From Deltaproteobacteria bacterium (GTDB lineage: Bacteria > Myxococcota_A > Polyangia > Polyangiales > Houyiibacteriaceae), in contig JAXMNT010000021.1 of NCBI GenBank assembly GCA_034670305.1, positions 57,762-121,761 of the forward strand: 64,000 nt of DNA, read 5' to 3'. The number at the start of each line of letters is the position of its first letter. Within the stretch, counting starts at the first letter, position 1. A program made the translations under genes and the position numbers. The notes under the pieces were generated by a model. The model made no database searches, was not told the DNA's origin, and worked only from the letters and a program-made list of their open reading frames with translations. Below are positions 36,498 through 44,873 of the stretch, in pieces.

Positions 36498-37373
36498 TCA
36501 CGTGGTGAGGTGTGACTCGAAGGTGTGGCGGAGGGGCTGGTGGGGGCGGGGGTCGTAGATGGGGAAGACGACGCGATCGAACGCGCCGGCGAAACAACCG
36601 TCCAGCCAGCGGCGAAACGAACTGGCCACCATGTCGGGGTCGCAGCCGAAGACGCCGCAGCCCCAAGCGCCGAGCACGAGCGTGCGGTGGGCGTTGCTCT
36701 GGGCGACCGCGAACATCGCGCCGACGCGTTTGCGAAATGTGGATTCGACCACGGCGGCCGCGTCGTCGCGCTTCTTTTCGAGCTTGCGCATGTGCGGCGC
36801 GGCCATGGTCAAGACGCCCGCGGGGTACACGTGGTCGAGGCGGCTCTTGCTGCGCACGCGGAAGAACGGGACGGCCGGTGAGTAGATCGCCGCGTCGGAG
36901 TACAGGTGGGTCCGCGCGGCGCGGTGCTGGGCATAGAAGCCGCCCGGCACGTTCTGTTCGATCAGGCAGGGATGCAGCGCGGAGCATCGGGCGAGGTCTT
37001 CTTCTTGCGCCCGGGCGCCACTCAGAAACCCTCCGCCGGGTTTGAGCGCCGAGGCGAAGTTGAGCACCACGATGTGCTCCGTGCCTTCCTTCACCACCAG
37101 GCGATGTGCCGCTTGCTGCGACGTCTCGCCGGTGACCTCGACCTTCACCGCCGGCGCCGAGGCTTGCCCGAACTCGATCGCGCGCGCGCCGTAGGTCGCG
37201 AGCATCGTGTTCGTTTGCTGAGGCGAGAGCGTCACGGTGTGCTTCACCGCGTGGGCGATGGCGTCGCCGAACCGGACCTCGGTCCCGCTCTTGTGGGTGT
37301 AGCCCCCCGCGGCCAGGATCCGCTGAGTCTCGACCGCGACCTCCTTGAGTGCCTCGTCGTGATAATGCGCCAC
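36498..37373 (-). CDS. Bacterial-type poly(ADP-ribose) glycohydrolase (TIGR02452/DUF2263 macrodomain)
   Basis: VLNFASALKPGGGFLSGARAQEEDL (GGG-x7-QEE), IYSP.V and LVLGAWGCGVF motifs. Confidence 0.92.
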   Translation of the reverse strand: MAHYHDEALKEVAVETQRILAAGGYTHKSGTEVRFGDAIAHAVKHTVTLSPQQTNTMLATYGARAIEFGQASAPAVKVEVTGETSQQAAHRLVVKEGTEHIVVLNFASALKPGGGFLSGARAQEEDLARCSALHPCLIEQNVPGGFYAQHRAARTHLYSDAAIYSPAVPFFRVRSKSRLDHVYPAGVLTMAAPHMRKLEKKRDDAAAVVESTFRKRVGAMFAVAQSNAHRTLVLGAWGCGVFGCDPDMVASSFRRWLDGCFAGAFDRVVFPIYDPRPHQPLRHTFESHLTT

Positions 37374-37379
37374 GTTCTC

Positions 37380-37385
37380 AACCTA
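37380..37385 (-). promoter_or_regulatory. Putative -10 box (TAGGTT) of a leaderless PARG transcript
   Basis: TAnnnT 6 nt upstream of the GTG start with no SD; the same spacing recurs at many genes in the window. Confidence 0.5.
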
Positions 37386-37460
37386 CCGCGGCGACGGATC
37401 GATCGGGACAGGAAACACCCCTCTTGTGCTCCGGCGAAAGCTTCGGCAGCCTCCCCGGTC

Positions 37461-39242
37461 ATGGCCACCAAGAAGTCCTCCAAGAAGCCCGCGAAGAAAC
37501 CTGCCAAGAAGGCTGCGAAGAAGGCGGCGAAGAAGGCCGCGCCCAAGAAGAAGAAGGCACCGGCGAAGAAGGCTGCGAAGAAGGCCGCGAAGAAGGCACC
37601 GGCCAAGAAGGCCGCGAAGAAGGCACCGGCCAAGAAGGCTGCGAAGAAGGCCGCGCCGAAGAAGGCCGCGCCGAAGAAGGCCGCGCCGAAGAAGGCCGCG
37701 CCGAAAAAGGCCGCACCGAAGAAGCTCGCGCCCAAGAAGAAGGCCGCCGCCGCACCGGCCGCCAAACCGACCGCAGGCGCCGACGGAGTGCTTCTCGAAG
37801 CCACGTTGAACTGGACCGACCTGACCGGCGCGCGCACCGGCGCGACGTCGAAGGGATCCAACAAGTTCTACAAAGCGAAGATCACCGAAGCCGGCGGCGG
37901 CTTCCAGGTCACGTTCAACTACGGCCGCGTGGGTCAGACCGGCCAGCAGCAGACCGCCTGGGCACCGACCTTCGAAGCGGCGAAGAAGATCTTCGACAAG
38001 AAGATCAAGTCCAAGGTCAGCAAGGGTTACCGCCCGCTCGAGATGCGGAGCACCGCGGATGAGCTCGAGAAAGCGAAAGCCAAGGGCGTCACGCCCGACG
38101 CCGGCAAGCCGAAGAAGAAGAAGCCGACGAAGTCATTCCCGCCGGGCGTCGAGAAGCTGCTTTCGATCATGTACCAGACGGCCGGATCGGCGGCGCAGAA
38201 GGGCCTCAGCGCGTCCGCGGGCGCCAGCAAGTCCGCGCCGCTTGGCAACCTGCACGACTCGCAGCTCGACAAGGGCGGCGACATCCTCGAGCAGATCGAC
38301 GCGCTTCTGGAGAAGTCGACCAAGCCGCCCCGCCAGCAGCTGATCAACCTCACCAACGACTACCTCTCGAACATCCCGCGAAACATCGACCACGCGGTGC
38401 GTGGTGGCCGGCTCGACATCGACGCCATCTTGCTCGACCGCGAGGAACGCGTCGCCAAGGAGCGTGAGTTCATCAGCCTGCTTCGCGACCTGCACCTCCA
38501 GAAGGAAGTCTTCAAGCAGGCGGCTGCCGCGGACTCGCCCTACGAGGCTTGGTACGACGGTCTTCAGTGCGACATCGACAGCCTGGAACCGGGCTCCAAG
38601 GAGTTCGAGAAGTGCCGCGTCGCGTTCGACGAGGGCCAGTCGCCCATGAACTCGAACTACTTCGGCAAGCTGAAGGTGAGCCGGGCTTGGAAGCTCGAGC
38701 GCAAGGGCAAGAATGCCGCGTTCCAGAAGTACGCCGACACGATGATCAAGAAGAAGGGCGCGACCGGCATCGAGCTCGGTTGGCACGGCACCCGGACCCA
38801 GAACCTCATGGGCATCTCGCGCTCGGGTCTGTTGATGCCGGAGAACCTGCCGAAGGGCGTCGTCATCACCGGCAAGGCGTTCGGCATGGGCATCTACCAC
38901 GCGCCTCGATGGGCGGATGCAGGCGTGGATCAGAAGCAGGGCAAAGAGACGTTCCGCCGCTACAACGGCGCGCTCAAGAGCATGAACTACACCTCGCTCC
39001 GCGGCGCGTACTACGGCGCGGGCAACACGGGCAAGACGGGCTACCTCTACCTGGAAGAGATGGCGCTCGGCGTCCCGGAAGTGCACCTGACGGCGTGCTG
39101 GGGCCGCAAGCGCCCGGCCAAGGGCTTCGACTACATCTACGCCAAGGCGTTCGGCAACAAGCAGCTCTCGCACGACGAGGTCGTCACCTTCGACGAGAAC
39201 GCGTCGCGCCTGACCCACCTGCTCGAGATCGTCCACAAGTAG
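37461..39242 (+). CDS. PARP-family ADP-ribosyltransferase: histone-H1-like tail + WGR + helical regulatory + catalytic domain
   Basis: AKK/PKK repeats; SNKFY...YGRVGQ...KVSKGY; PLGNL...LTNDYLSNIP; WHGT, FGMGIY, KSMNY and HDEVVTFD (H-Y-E). Confidence 0.9.
   Translation: MATKKSSKKPAKKPAKKAAKKAAKKAAPKKKKAPAKKAAKKAAKKAPAKKAAKKAPAKKAAKKAAPKKAAPKKAAPKKAAPKKAAPKKLAPKKKAAAAPAAKPTAGADGVLLEATLNWTDLTGARTGATSKGSNKFYKAKITEAGGGFQVTFNYGRVGQTGQQQTAWAPTFEAAKKIFDKKIKSKVSKGYRPLEMRSTADELEKAKAKGVTPDAGKPKKKKPTKSFPPGVEKLLSIMYQTAGSAAQKGLSASAGASKSAPLGNLHDSQLDKGGDILEQIDALLEKSTKPPRQQLINLTNDYLSNIPRNIDHAVRGGRLDIDAILLDREERVAKEREFISLLRDLHLQKEVFKQAAAADSPYEAWYDGLQCDIDSLEPGSKEFEKCRVAFDEGQSPMNSNYFGKLKVSRAWKLERKGKNAAFQKYADTMIKKKGATGIELGWHGTRTQNLMGISRSGLLMPENLPKGVVITGKAFGMGIYHAPRWADAGVDQKQGKETFRRYNGALKSMNYTSLRGAYYGAGNTGKTGYLYLEEMALGVPEVHLTACWGRKRPAKGFDYIYAKAFGNKQLSHDEVVTFDENASRLTHLLEIVHK
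37470..37765 (+). repeat. Coding tandem repeats (GCCGCGCCGAAGAAG-type) encoding the Lys/Ala/Pro-rich tail
   Basis: 12-15-bp imperfect units seen directly. Confidence 0.85.
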
Positions 39243-39263
39243 GGCCTGCGTTTCGCTTCGATG

Positions 39264-39302
39264 GGCCAGGCTCGCTTCGGGAGAAGCAAGCCTGGCCTTT
39301 TT
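39264..39302 (+). terminator. Intrinsic terminator after the PARP gene
   Basis: GGCCAGGCT-c-GCTTC-ggga-GAAGC-a-AGCCTGGCC stem followed by TTTTT, 21 nt after the stop. Confidence 0.75.
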
Positions 39303-39365
39303 CGGTGGGCCTTTTCGGTGGGGGGAGCTTTTCGGAGCAGGCACTTTGGCGTAGGGTGCTGCGCC

Positions 39366-39758
39366 ATGACCCAGAAGATCCTCGCTCTCGCTCTGTTCGC
39401 GCTCACCTTTGGCTGCGGTGGCGGCGACGTGAACCAGACCCACACCGGCGCGCTCGAGACGAGCGATGACAAACGACCGGAAGATCAGTCGTACTTCGAC
39501 GAGTACACGTTCTCGACCGTGCAGGGCGCGCAGATCGACATCACGATGACGTCGACCGAGTTCGACTCGTACCTGATCGTCTCCGGCCCGAGCGGCCAGG
39601 AGTTCGGGCAGAACGACGACATGGCCCCAGGCAACCTCAACGCGCAGGTCACCGGCGTGGCCCCCGAAGGCGGGACCTACACGGTCGTCGCGAACTCGGC
39701 TCAGGCGGACGAAGTCGGGGCGTACACCCTCACGATTCGCGCGACGAAGGCCCCGTAG
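39366..39758 (+). CDS. Small lipoprotein with a PPC (pre-peptidase C-terminal)-like domain
   Basis: Lipobox TFGC; FDEYTF...FDSYLIV.GPSG...NDD...GTYTVVANS...GAYTLTI. Confidence 0.85.
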   Translation: MTQKILALALFALTFGCGGGDVNQTHTGALETSDDKRPEDQSYFDEYTFSTVQGAQIDITMTSTEFDSYLIVSGPSGQEFGQNDDMAPGNLNAQVTGVAPEGGTYTVVANSAQADEVGAYTLTIRATKAP

Positions 39759-39866
39759 AACATCTGGCCAGGCGGGGAGGTCTAGGATCGTCGGGCTTTG
39801 TCCGGTCGAGCCGAATTCCCCGCCCGTGAACTGGGCTCTGGCCGGAGTTCCTGTAGAATGAGCGCC

Positions 39867-40901
39867 GTGCGTACCTTTTGCTTGTGGGCCGCTGTGGCCG
39901 TCGGCACCGGTGTGGCCGCGCCCACCCTCGCCGAGGCCCAAGAGGCCGCCACCGAAGAGGCCGAAACGACCGAGACCGAAGACGCGGTCGCGACCGCCGA
40001 ACGGACCCAGCAGGAGTCCTCGGACGTCACCGGCAGCGTGGCCAACCGTCAGGCCGCCGCCCAAGCGTACGACCGCGCCGCCAACTACTACGTCGGCGAG
40101 CAGTACCGTTCCGCGGGGCAGTGGTTCATGGCCGCCTACCGCCTCGCGCCCGCCCGCGCCGCGCTCGTGCAAGCGGTGCGCAGCTACCGCCGCGCGGGTT
40201 CGATCCAGCGTGCCGGCACGCTGGCCCTCTTGCTCGCCCAGAGTTTCCCGGACGATGGCCCCGCAGTGCAGCTCGCCACCGAGGTCATGGACGAAGCCGG
40301 ACGCAACTCCGTGCACATCACCGTGGCCTGCGACGGATGCGCGGTCGAAGTCGACGGTCGGCTGCTCGCGACCCTCGGTGCCTACGTGACCGCTGGGCAG
40401 CCGCATCAGGTCATCGCGCACTTCGGCGACATGCAGGAGACGCGAGCGGCTCAGGGGGAAGAGGGCGAGCAGGTGTTCCTCGAGATCGAGACACCCGAGG
40501 GCGCAAACCTTCAGAACGAGGAGCTCGAGCCGGAGCACATCCGGCGGGCCCGCGAACGCGCGAACGATCCCGGCATCCGCGTGCTGCATCCGGCCGTCTT
40601 CTGGTCGGCGCTCGTCGTCACCGCGGCGGTGGGTGGGCTCACGGTGTGGTCGGGGCTCGACACCGTTGCGGGCGTGGACGCCTACGAGCTCATGCCCACC
40701 CAAGAAGCGTACGACGCGGGTCAGGACAAAGAGTTCCGGACCAACCTCCTCATCGGTGTCTCGGCGGGCCTCGCGGCCATCACGCTCTTGAGCATCGTCT
40801 TCACCAACTTCGGCGGGTCCCCCGACGAAGAAGCGCCCACCACCGTCTCGTTCGGTGCATCGCCCGAAGGCGCCATGTTCATGTTGCGGAGCGCGCTGTG
40901 A
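39867..40901 (+). CDS. Secreted/membrane protein with TPR-like helices and a PEGA-like domain
   Basis: Signal peptide; AAQAYDRA...AYRLAP helices; AVEVDG; two late hydrophobic helices. GTG 39867 lies 7 nt after TAGAAT (alternative ATG 39858). Confidence 0.75.
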   Translation: MRTFCLWAAVAVGTGVAAPTLAEAQEAATEEAETTETEDAVATAERTQQESSDVTGSVANRQAAAQAYDRAANYYVGEQYRSAGQWFMAAYRLAPARAALVQAVRSYRRAGSIQRAGTLALLLAQSFPDDGPAVQLATEVMDEAGRNSVHITVACDGCAVEVDGRLLATLGAYVTAGQPHQVIAHFGDMQETRAAQGEEGEQVFLEIETPEGANLQNEELEPEHIRRARERANDPGIRVLHPAVFWSALVVTAAVGGLTVWSGLDTVAGVDAYELMPTQEAYDAGQDKEFRTNLLIGVSAGLAAITLLSIVFTNFGGSPDEEAPTTVSFGASPEGAMFMLRSAL

Positions 40902-40938
40902 GTTCTTCGACGAAGCGCGACGTGCGGGAGGCCTGGCT

Positions 40939-42501
40939 GTGACTGGCACCGGATCCCGACCCACCCGCACCGCGGCCAACGTCGCGCCGGTCAGCGGTGG
41001 GCAGTACCTCGGCCGCTACCAGTTGCTCGCCAAGCTCGCGAGCGGCGGCATGGCCACCGTGTTCCTCGCCCGCATCGGCGGCGTCGGCGGGTTCGATCGC
41101 CGCGTCGCGATCAAGGTCCTGCACCCGCATCTGTCGGAGGACGCGCAGATCCGCGACATGTTCCTCGACGAGGCCCGTCTCGCGGCCCGCATCCGCCACC
41201 CGAACGTTGTCCCCGTGACCGACGTCGGCGACGAGCCGGGCCACGGCACGTTCCTCGTCATGGACTACATCGAGGGCTGCGACCTCTCGAAGGTGATCCG
41301 CACCGCGTCGCAGCGTCAAACCAAACTCTCGCCCGTCGTGGTGGCCCGCATCGTCTACGACATGCTCGGCGGACTGACGGCGGCCCACGAACTCAAAGAC
41401 GGGGACGGCAACGCGCTCGGGGTCGTGCACCGCGACATCTCTCCGCACAACGTCATCGTCGGGGTCGACGGCATCGCGCGCATCACCGACTTCGGCATCG
41501 CGAAAGCCGAAGGCCGGATCAGCTCCACCAAGACCGGCCAGCTCAAGGGCAAGCTCGCGTACATGCCACCCGAGCGGCTCGCGGCCAAGAAGTCGCAGCG
41601 GCTCGACGACGCGCGCGGCGATCTGTTCGCCACCGGCATCGTGCTCTGGGAGTCGCTCACCGGCCGCCGTCTGTTCCGCGGCGAAGACGACCTCGACACG
41701 GTGCGCAAGGTCCTCCAGGACGAGGTGCGACCCGTGTCGAGCTTCCGTCCGGAGCTCGCGCCCCTCGACCATGTAGTCGCCAAGGGGCTCGAGCGGGATC
41801 CGGACCAGCGCTACCAGACGGCCCGCGAGTTCCGCGCCGAGCTCGAACGGGCGGCTTCGGAGATCGGCGGCATCGGCCGTCCGGAGCAGGTGACCGCCGC
41901 ACTGCGCGGGCTCGTCGGCGGCAGTCTCGACAAACAGCGCGACGCGGTCGCGGCCGCGGTCAAAGCCACCGAAGAGGGCGGCGGACGGCCACCCACGGAC
42001 GCCTTCCCGACCCAGGGCGGCGATCCCGGCACCGGCTCCCACACCGGCACCGCCATCGCGACGCAGAAAGCGCCGATCATCTGGCGCGCTGCGACGCTGG
42101 TGCTCTTGGTCGCGCTCGTCGGGCTCGGCACCTACATCGTCGGCCGGCTCCGCACGACGGAGCCTCCGCCCGACACCGCCACCGCGCCCACGGCGCTCAC
42201 GGTGGTGGAGGTGACCGAAGAGCCCCCGGAAGTCGAAGTCGAAGCCGAAGTGCCTGAGGTTCCCGTCGAGACCGAGACGGAGACCGAGATCGCTGAGACG
42301 GCCGAGGTCGAAACCGAGACCGAGACCGAGATGGTGGCCGAGACGCCGCGGGTCTCGATGCGATCGATGCGCGGCTCGATGCGGAGTGAGATGACGGCCG
42401 AGATGGTGGTGGAGACCGCCATGGAGACCGTGATGGAAACACCGATGTCCATGCGGGTGACCCCGATGGAAGAGGTGCTCGAGAACCCCTATGCGAACTG
42501 A
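40939..42501 (+). CDS. Membrane Ser/Thr protein kinase with a Glu/Thr/Met-rich tail
   Basis: GGGAGG SD before GTG; ASGGMA, VAIK, HRDISPHN, DFG and GKLAYMPPE motifs; TM helix; ends ENPYAN. Confidence 0.9.
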   Translation: MTGTGSRPTRTAANVAPVSGGQYLGRYQLLAKLASGGMATVFLARIGGVGGFDRRVAIKVLHPHLSEDAQIRDMFLDEARLAARIRHPNVVPVTDVGDEPGHGTFLVMDYIEGCDLSKVIRTASQRQTKLSPVVVARIVYDMLGGLTAAHELKDGDGNALGVVHRDISPHNVIVGVDGIARITDFGIAKAEGRISSTKTGQLKGKLAYMPPERLAAKKSQRLDDARGDLFATGIVLWESLTGRRLFRGEDDLDTVRKVLQDEVRPVSSFRPELAPLDHVVAKGLERDPDQRYQTAREFRAELERAASEIGGIGRPEQVTAALRGLVGGSLDKQRDAVAAAVKATEEGGGRPPTDAFPTQGGDPGTGSHTGTAIATQKAPIIWRAATLVLLVALVGLGTYIVGRLRTTEPPPDTATAPTALTVVEVTEEPPEVEVEAEVPEVPVETETETEIAETAEVETETETEMVAETPRVSMRSMRGSMRSEMTAEMVVETAMETVMETPMSMRVTPMEEVLENPYAN

Positions 42502-43723
42502 TCCGCCGAGTTCCCCGACTTCCCCGAGCGCCAGAGCCCGCGTGCTCTTGGTCCTGTCGGTTTTCGCGCTCGGTGCGTGTGACGTGTACGACATCGCGTT
42601 CCTGGAAGCACTCGATGCCCAGACACGCGACGGTGGCGGCGTCGACGTGGGACCGGAGGACGCGCCGGACCTGCCCGATGGCACGGACGGCGGCGGTGAA
42701 GAAGACGCGCCCGACATGGACGCGGCCGACATCGGACCGGTGGACGCACCCGAGATCGACGCGCCCATGGACGATGCCGGCACCGACGCCGGACCCGCCT
42801 GTCCGCTCAAACATCCGAACACCCGACCGGCGGCCGGCACCGAAGGGCCCGATGGTCCCGAGATCTCCTTCGCGCTGCGCGACGTGATCTTCGACCAACG
42901 CGCCAACCGCTGGCAGGACGTCGCGTACGACATCGACAACAGCTGCACCCTGGAGCTGACCGACGAGTTCTTGTGCACCCCGCCCACCGGCGGGGCGCCC
43001 ACCCTCGACGGCGACATGGGCGAAGACAACTCGGTCGGCCGGGAGCTCTTCTCGGTGCTGGTCGGCTTCGATCCAACCTTCGAGTCCGAGATGCAGGCGC
43101 TCATGGCGGGTGGCCGGACCATCGTGCTCCGGGTGAACGGCTGGAACGGCATGGACGACGATCCGCGGGTGGATGTCTCCATCGGCCAGGCGGTGGGGCT
43201 CGAACGTCCGGACGTCGAGACCACGCCGCAGTGGGACGGGGACGACACCTGGAACATCGCGGACACAAGCTTCGTCTCTGGTGACCCGGCCCGCCCGCTG
43301 ATTCGAGACGACAACGCGTACGTCTCGGGCCGTCAGCTCGTCATGTCGATGCCTGACCGTCAGCGCATGGTGATGCCTTGGGCCAACGGGGAACTCTTCA
43401 CGTTGCTGCTGACCGACGCGAAGTGGACCGGCTTCATCAACGCGGACGCGACGCGGATGGAGCAGGTCATCCTGTCTGGCCGCTACGCGGAGATGGACAT
43501 CGGGCCGGCCTTCACCACGGTGGGGATCTGTCCCGGCAGTTTCGAGCGCGGCATCGTCGACGCGGAGATCCGAGAAGACCTCGATGTTCGGTCTCGCCCC
43601 GGAAGCGGCGGCCCCGGCATCATGTGCGACGCGCTCTCGGTCGGCCTCGGGTTCACGGGCTACGCCTCGACGTGGGGCAGCCCGCTGCCGCCGCCCGAGC
43701 CTGGCCCGCCCGCCTGTCCGTGA
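42491..43723 (+). CDS. Hypothetical lipoprotein
   Basis: Lipobox LGAC; overlaps the kinase stop; paralog of the next gene (GEDN, GWNG..DDPRV, CDALSVG). Confidence 0.8.
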   Translation: MRTDPPSSPTSPSARARVLLVLSVFALGACDVYDIAFLEALDAQTRDGGGVDVGPEDAPDLPDGTDGGGEEDAPDMDAADIGPVDAPEIDAPMDDAGTDAGPACPLKHPNTRPAAGTEGPDGPEISFALRDVIFDQRANRWQDVAYDIDNSCTLELTDEFLCTPPTGGAPTLDGDMGEDNSVGRELFSVLVGFDPTFESEMQALMAGGRTIVLRVNGWNGMDDDPRVDVSIGQAVGLERPDVETTPQWDGDDTWNIADTSFVSGDPARPLIRDDNAYVSGRQLVMSMPDRQRMVMPWANGELFTLLLTDAKWTGFINADATRMEQVILSGRYAEMDIGPAFTTVGICPGSFERGIVDAEIREDLDVRSRPGSGGPGIMCDALSVGLGFTGYASTWGSPLPPPEPGPPACP

Positions 43724-43731
43724 GACCCAGC

Positions 43732-44841
43732 ATGGTTCGTTGGGATGGAACCCGCGTTCGCCCGAGGGTTCACGCGGCGTGCGTCGTGCTGGGGTGCGTC
43801 GTGCTCGTGGTGCTCGCGTGTGGTTGCGCCGACACCCACGTGGAAGAGGACGCGGACGTCCGCGACGCGTCGTCGGTGGACGCGCATCTCCCCTTGGCCG
43901 ACGCCGGCGTAGATGCGTCTGCCGACGCGGGCGTCGACGCGTTCCGGCCCGACGCCTACAGCCCGTTCGAACATCCACCCGAGCGACCGATGGTCGCCGA
44001 CGAGTCGGGACCGCCCCTCTCGTTCGCGCTCCGAGCACCTGGGCTCTCACATCCAGAAGACTGGGCGTCGGTCGCGTTCGACCTCGACCACGAGATCACC
44101 GACGGCACGTCGCTCGTGTGCATGCCGCCCGGAGACGCGCCGAGTGTTGCGGATGGTGCGCGGGGCGAAGACAACGCGTTCGCGCTCCGACTGATGCCGG
44201 TGCTCGCGCTCGTCTCGCCCGAGCTGGAAGATGAGGCGCGCGCAGGCACAGAGACCGCGCCGATCGTCCTCCACATCGACGGATGGAACGGGCGCGCGGA
44301 GGACCCGCGGGTGACGGTGTGGCTGGCACACGCGCTGCCGGGTGAGAGCGCGCCGCGGTGGGATGGCACCGATCGTTGGTCGCTCGAGGACTCGGACTTC
44401 GTGGAAGGCGCGCCCGACCGTCCGATCAACCAGGACGACAACGCATTCGTTGCCGGAGGCCGGTTGGTCGCCGAGCTGCCGGCGCGTCAGTCGATTCGGC
44501 TGCGCGCGCCGGACGGCGGCACCCTCGAGTTCCGCCTCACCCAGACCCGCTTCGTCGCCACGCTCGAGGAAGGCGCCTTGAGCGGTGTGACGATGACGGG
44601 CCGGTTCGCATCCATCGACCTCGACTTCGCGCTCGACCTGCTCGGGATCTGCCCCGAGGCGCCGGACCACGCCGTGATCCAGGCAGAGATCGCCCGCAGC
44701 CAGGACGTGCGAAGCACCCCAGGCAGCGGCGGTCCGGGGGCCACCTGCGACGCGTTGAGTGTGGGGATCGACTTCTCGGCGACCCGCGCGGAGATCGGTG
44801 CCATCGACCCCGCGATGCTGCCGGTGGGTCGGTGCGACTGA
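43732..44841 (+). CDS. Hypothetical lipoprotein, tandem paralog
   Basis: LACGC; GEDNAF, GWNGRAEDPRV, DDNAFV and PGSGGPGATCDALSVG shared with the upstream gene. Confidence 0.8.
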   Translation: MVRWDGTRVRPRVHAACVVLGCVVLVVLACGCADTHVEEDADVRDASSVDAHLPLADAGVDASADAGVDAFRPDAYSPFEHPPERPMVADESGPPLSFALRAPGLSHPEDWASVAFDLDHEITDGTSLVCMPPGDAPSVADGARGEDNAFALRLMPVLALVSPELEDEARAGTETAPIVLHIDGWNGRAEDPRVTVWLAHALPGESAPRWDGTDRWSLEDSDFVEGAPDRPINQDDNAFVAGGRLVAELPARQSIRLRAPDGGTLEFRLTQTRFVATLEEGALSGVTMTGRFASIDLDFALDLLGICPEAPDHAVIQAEIARSQDVRSTPGSGGPGATCDALSVGIDFSATRAEIGAIDPAMLPVGRCD

Positions 44842-44873
44842 CGCTCTGACGCACGCGGGCTCCAGACGTGCGC

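Noticed and set aside
36906-37460. N-terminal extension of the PARP ORF
   Set aside because: Antisense to PARG; ATG 37461 begins the Lys-rich tail.
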